This document shows positions 60,393 through 64,000 of a stretch of 64,000 nt of DNA, piece after piece. The stretch's first letter is position 1; each line of letters begins with the position of its first letter. The position numbers and the translations under genes were made by a program. The stretch is from Patescibacteria group bacterium (GTDB lineage: Bacteria > Patescibacteriota > Microgenomatia > UBA8517): NCBI GenBank assembly GCA_038206135.1, contig JBBRBD010000002.1, positions 66,896 through 130,895 of the forward strand, read 5' to 3'. Below the pieces are notes generated by a model. That model saw only the letters and a list, made by a program, of their open reading frames with translations, had not been told where the DNA came from and did not search any database.

Positions 60393-61756
60393 TTTTTACT
60401 AAACATTGTAAATGCTCCGACAATAATTGCACCTAAAAAAGTACCATATACGCTAGATTTTTGAGGTTGTTGGTATTCTTCCTTCTGTCCTTCTAATAAA
60501 TGTTTTTTGTAGTTCTCACCAACTGCGGCGCATTTAATACACCATCCGCAAATAACTTTTGTGGATTCACCACACTGGGTACATCTTCCGTCTAAACCTT
60601 CTTTGGAATATTGTGACTCTCTGGACTGAGTTGAAGAAGGGGACTCACATCCAAGTCCTTCTGATGCATATTTTGTTGCTGCGGTATAGTCACTATTTTG
60701 AGTTTTTCGCTCGTCAATATCTCCAACTTCAACACCAATACTTTCTGATATTGTAAGGGCGGCCTTTCCGATACTTCTTACCATCTTTCTAAGTGATTCA
60801 TCATCAACAGCTGAATTTACTTTTAGATAGTTTGAAAGATCTAGTATAATCGCATTTACTTCGTTGTTTGTTTGTAAGAAGCTTTTCTTTCTTAAACATT
60901 CTGAAATGTCATAAAAACTGAATGCTTTATCGAAAACGATATTTCTATCGCTAATTTTCATTCTATTCCATGCAGTATCACTATTTGCAATTTTCTGCAT
61001 TCTGTTTAAAACATCTTCAGGTGAAATACTCGTGTGCCGTAATATTGCCGTTTGTGAGATCTCTTTAATTAACTCGGTGTTTTCCTTTGAGCTAAATGGT
61101 TTTTCGCCTAATTCTTCCATAAGTGTTTTTATTTCATTAAGGCTTAAACTGGTTCTTAAAACGGTATCAATAATTTTTTTATCTACGATGTTTACCACAT
61201 GCATTTGACACTCCTCAAATGGTATTCCAGTTCCATTCCACCCTGAGGGGCTTCCATAAAAAACTGTGGAGTTATTATTTGATTCTAAAATTGCCTGTTC
61301 TAAATTGAGGACTCCATAAAAGCTCGCTCCTTCACGCTCTTTAAGAGAAACGTGAGAGTGCAGTGGTGAATTTGCATCATACCGCGGCATTACAACAGTT
61401 GGAACTTCATTAATATTTCTAATCTGGTATTCAGTTTGAAGAACTGGAGATCGATATAAAAACTCAGCGGCATATGCTCGGGTGTCAGTCTCGATTATTT
61501 CTGTAAATACGGAATTTATTTCCGGTCTTGTAAACCCTTGTAGGCTCATCGTCTTTTCTATTAGAATATATTTTGCAACTAAGCGTGAAGGACTAAATCC
61601 AGATATTCCCTCCATCAAAAACTCTTTATCATGCTCGAGAGGAGCTTCAGACATTACTTTGATCACATATTCATTTAGAGCATCTTTGTCTTTTTCTGCG
61701 TGAGAAGCATTCTCAGTAGTAATCGAAGTGGGATCAAAAAAACGTTCTTTTATCAT
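60389..61756 (-). CDS. hypothetical protein with C-terminal CxxC..CxxC and hydrophobic tail
   Basis: 455-aa ORF from ATG 61756; CTQC...ICGWC..C; upstream GTG start lies inside the riboswitch. Confidence 0.7.
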   Translation of the reverse strand: MIKERFFDPTSITTENASHAEKDKDALNEYVIKVMSEAPLEHDKEFLMEGISGFSPSRLVAKYILIEKTMSLQGFTRPEINSVFTEIIETDTRAYAAEFLYRSPVLQTEYQIRNINEVPTVVMPRYDANSPLHSHVSLKEREGASFYGVLNLEQAILESNNNSTVFYGSPSGWNGTGIPFEECQMHVVNIVDKKIIDTVLRTSLSLNEIKTLMEELGEKPFSSKENTELIKEISQTAILRHTSISPEDVLNRMQKIANSDTAWNRMKISDRNIVFDKAFSFYDISECLRKKSFLQTNNEVNAIILDLSNYLKVNSAVDDESLRKMVRSIGKAALTISESIGVEVGDIDERKTQNSDYTAATKYASEGLGCESPSSTQSRESQYSKEGLDGRCTQCGESTKVICGWCIKCAAVGENYKKHLLEGQKEEYQQPQKSSVYGTFLGAIIVGAFTMFSKN

Positions 61757-61778
61757 TTTTTTCTTGCTCGAGATTTTA

Positions 61779-61867
61779 TTCGCCTCAGGAGCGAAACGAT
61801 TGCTAGTTTTCCGACTATACGGTTGCGGCACAGCGTGGGAGTTACACCCACTTCCTTAAACACAATC
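61779..61867 (-). ncRNA. cobalamin riboswitch (compact, class II-like)
   Basis: GAUUG UGUUU AAGGAA GUGGGUGUAACUCCCAC GCUGUGCCGC AACCGUA UAGUCGGA AAAC UAG CAAUC, then hairpin UUCGC/GCGAA; B12-box-like ends and covarying CCG/CGG. Confidence 0.8.
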
Positions 61868-61927
61868 TATAAGTATCTTTGTAGCACGATGATTGCCCCA
61901 GTGCAACAAGGCATATACAATGAATTT

Positions 61928-62290
61928 ATGAGTACCCCAGAATTAGTTCCAGAGCAGCCAAGGCAGCCTGATATACAGCCAAGAGTTGAGCAGCCGATTG
62001 TTCCTGAAACGCAACAGCAGCTCGGAGTTTCTGCTCCACCACAAGTACCTGACCCTGTTGTTACTGAGAACGAAGTACTCGCACAGCCAACGGCGACTGC
62101 TGTAACTCCAATTGAAGACACAACACCTTCCGTGACTGTTCCTATTGAAGTTGCGATGAGTGAAATAGAACTTGAAAAGGGCTCTCAGGGTCCATCTAAT
62201 TTAGCGGTTACCTGGCTTGATATGTTTTGGCTTCGTGAGGTTGGGAAAGCAGTTTCTAAAGGTTGGAGAATAATATTTGGACAAAAATAA
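61928..62290 (+). CDS. hypothetical Pro/Gln-rich protein
   Basis: ATG 61928 after TACAAT; low-complexity N-half, helical C-terminus. Confidence 0.65.
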   Translation: MSTPELVPEQPRQPDIQPRVEQPIVPETQQQLGVSAPPQVPDPVVTENEVLAQPTATAVTPIEDTTPSVTVPIEVAMSEIELEKGSQGPSNLAVTWLDMFWLREVGKAVSKGWRIIFGQK

Positions 62291-62295
62291 AATAT

Positions 62296-64000
62296 ATGCA
62301 GACACCATTTCCTAGTCCCGCCCAAAATCCTCTCGGAATAGATTTCGCTACTATTTTTTTAGCCTTATTCTTTTTTGCATTTCTATTTATAGCCATCATT
62401 ATTGGAATCTGGGTAGGAATTTATTTCTATCGTTTTAGAGACCGTGAAAAGCGTTCATTAAACTCGGTCCTTTTACAGGTAGCAGTCTCACGTTCAAATG
62501 AAATAAAAATTGATGCAATGGAGCAACTCTTCGCTGCACTATATTCAGTGAAAAAAGGAGGATGGAAGCAGCGGTTTAGTACACAGCCACAAATTTCTTT
62601 TGAAATTGTTGCAAAACCTGAGGACATCCGTTTTTATGTGTGGACTTATAAAAATTTGCAAGACTTAGTCGAAAAACAGATTCATGGAGCATATCCTGAG
62701 GCGGAAATTGTGGAAGTTCCTGAATACAATATATTTACTCCGGATGGCAAGGTGTCTTACAAGTCATTTCAATTAAAAAAAGAAAACTTCTACCCATTAA
62801 AGACATTCAAAGAATTACCGACAGACCCGTTAGCATCACTCACCTCAGCGCTCGCTAAAATGGGGGAAGGAGAAGGGGCAGCAATCCAACTTCTTGTCTC
62901 GCCTGTGGACAATAGTTGGAAAACTGGAGGAAGTTCTTTTATTTCAAATACTAAAAAACAGGAAAGTAATCCAGAGCAAGCAAAATACTCAACGCCTGCG
63001 AAAACACTTGAAGTTGTTGAAAATAAGATAGGAAAACCTGGGTTTGAAATTTCCCTTCGAGTTGTTGTTGTAGCTAAGACGGAAGAAGCTGCAAAGGTTC
63101 ATTTAGACAACATTTCAACCGCATTTTCACAATTCGATGGTGAATTCAATGGATTTGGAGGACGAAAAATTCGCCGGAAAACTGCATTTGTCGAAGATTT
63201 TGTATATAGATATCATCCGATGTTTGATGTGCTTGGAAACCATGCTTCAATTCTAAATTCAGAAGAAATTGCGACAGTGTTTCATTTTCCAAATAAACTT
63301 ATTACAACTCCGCACATTTTTTGGTTAACTGCAAAAAGTGCCCCCGCGCCCGCACAGATTGCAACCTCAGGACTGTATATGGGAGAGAACACCTATCGAG
63401 GGGTGAAGCGTCCTGTATACATGGGAGATGCAGATCGGCAGCGCCATACATATATTATCGGGAAGACTGGAACCGGGAAAACAAAATATCTATTGGAATT
63501 AATGAAGCAAGATATTAAAGCTGGACACGGACTTTGTTTCATTGATCCTCATGGAGACGCTGTTGAAGAACTTTTGCAATTTATTCCTCCTGAGAGGGCT
63601 GAGGACGTTATTTATTTCCGTCCTTCAGATGTTGAACGACCAATGGGCTTAAACCTTTTGGAGGCAAAGACAGAAGATCAAAAGCACTTTGTTACTACAT
63701 CCGTTATCAACCTCATGTATAAACTATTTGATCCATATAAAACTGGAATTGTTGGACCACGATTTGAGCATGCCGTTCGGAACGCAATGCTTACCGTTAT
63801 GAGTGAGCCTGGGAATACTTTCATTGAAGTAATGCGTGTCTTAACTGATGTGAATTATGTGAAAGAGCTACTTCCCAAAGTAACTGATCCGATTGTTAGA
63901 CGCTATTGGACTGATCAAATTGCCCAGACTTCTGATTTTCACAAATCAGAGACACTCGACTACATTACTTCTAAGTTCGGTCGTTTTGTAACTAATAAAA
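62296..64000 (+). CDS. VirB4/TraD-like (type IV secretion coupling-type) ATPase, truncated by window end; absent from ORF track
   Basis: Hand translation: N-terminal TM, later RRHTYIIGKTGTGKT (Walker A) and IDPHGD. Confidence 0.85.
   Translation, partial: MQTPFPSPAQNPLGIDFATIFLALFFFAFLFIAIIIGIWVGIYFYRFRDREKRSLNSVLLQVAVSRSNEIKIDAMEQLFAALYSVKKGGWKQRFSTQPQISFEIVAKPEDIRFYVWTYKNLQDLVEKQIHGAYPEAEIVEVPEYNIFTPDGKVSYKSFQLKKENFYPLKTFKELPTDPLASLTSALAKMGEGEGAAIQLLVSPVDNSWKTGGSSFISNTKKQESNPEQAKYSTPAKTLEVVENKIGKPGFEISLRVVVVAKTEEAAKVHLDNISTAFSQFDGEFNGFGGRKIRRKTAFVEDFVYRYHPMFDVLGNHASILNSEEIATVFHFPNKLITTPHIFWLTAKSAPAPAQIATSGLYMGENTYRGVKRPVYMGDADRQRHTYIIGKTGTGKTKYLLELMKQDIKAGHGLCFIDPHGDAVEELLQFIPPERAEDVIYFRPSDVERPMGLNLLEAKTEDQKHFVTTSVINLMYKLFDPYKTGIVGPRFEHAVRNAMLTVMSEPGNTFIEVMRVLTDVNYVKELLPKVTDPIVRRYWTDQIAQTSDFHKSETLDYITSKFGRFVTNK

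Noticed and set aside
1-64000. Alternative genetic code (UGA read as Gly, as in some CPR lineages)
   Set aside because: Conserved genes end cleanly at TGA and are full length under code 11.

Overview
An AT-rich, gene-dense bacterial chromosomal window using standard code 11 (TGA acts as stop). Gene content points to a Patescibacteria/CPR genome, most like Microgenomates; this is inference from the archaeal-type TPI, split transketolase, short PGK, pilin-like GF N-termini and the VirB4/TraD-like ATPase. Positions 1-32 kb are a mosaic of small accessory genes (transport, nucleotide sanitising, envelope, ORFans). Positions 32.7-47.7 kb hold a glycolysis/pentose-phosphate cluster interrupted by a giant secreted glycan-active protein. 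Positions 47.7-53.5 kb hold penicillin-binding-type proteins, and 56.6-61.9 kb a cobalamin-linked nrdR-nrdJ-adenosyltransferase locus. Most notable: (1) a streptococcal HasA-like hyaluronan synthase directly followed by a membrane-anchored protein carrying a phage HylP-type hyaluronate lyase domain; (2) a compact cobalamin riboswitch in front of an unknown gene next to the B12-dependent RNR; (3) an unrecognised ~140-nt structured RNA with its own sigma70 promoter between two PBP genes; (4) a ~105-bp IS200/IS605-like miniature element; (5) a DhnA aldolase lacking its Schiff-base lysine. No rRNA, tRNA or CRISPR array was seen. All family calls come from motif recognition by eye, not database searches.
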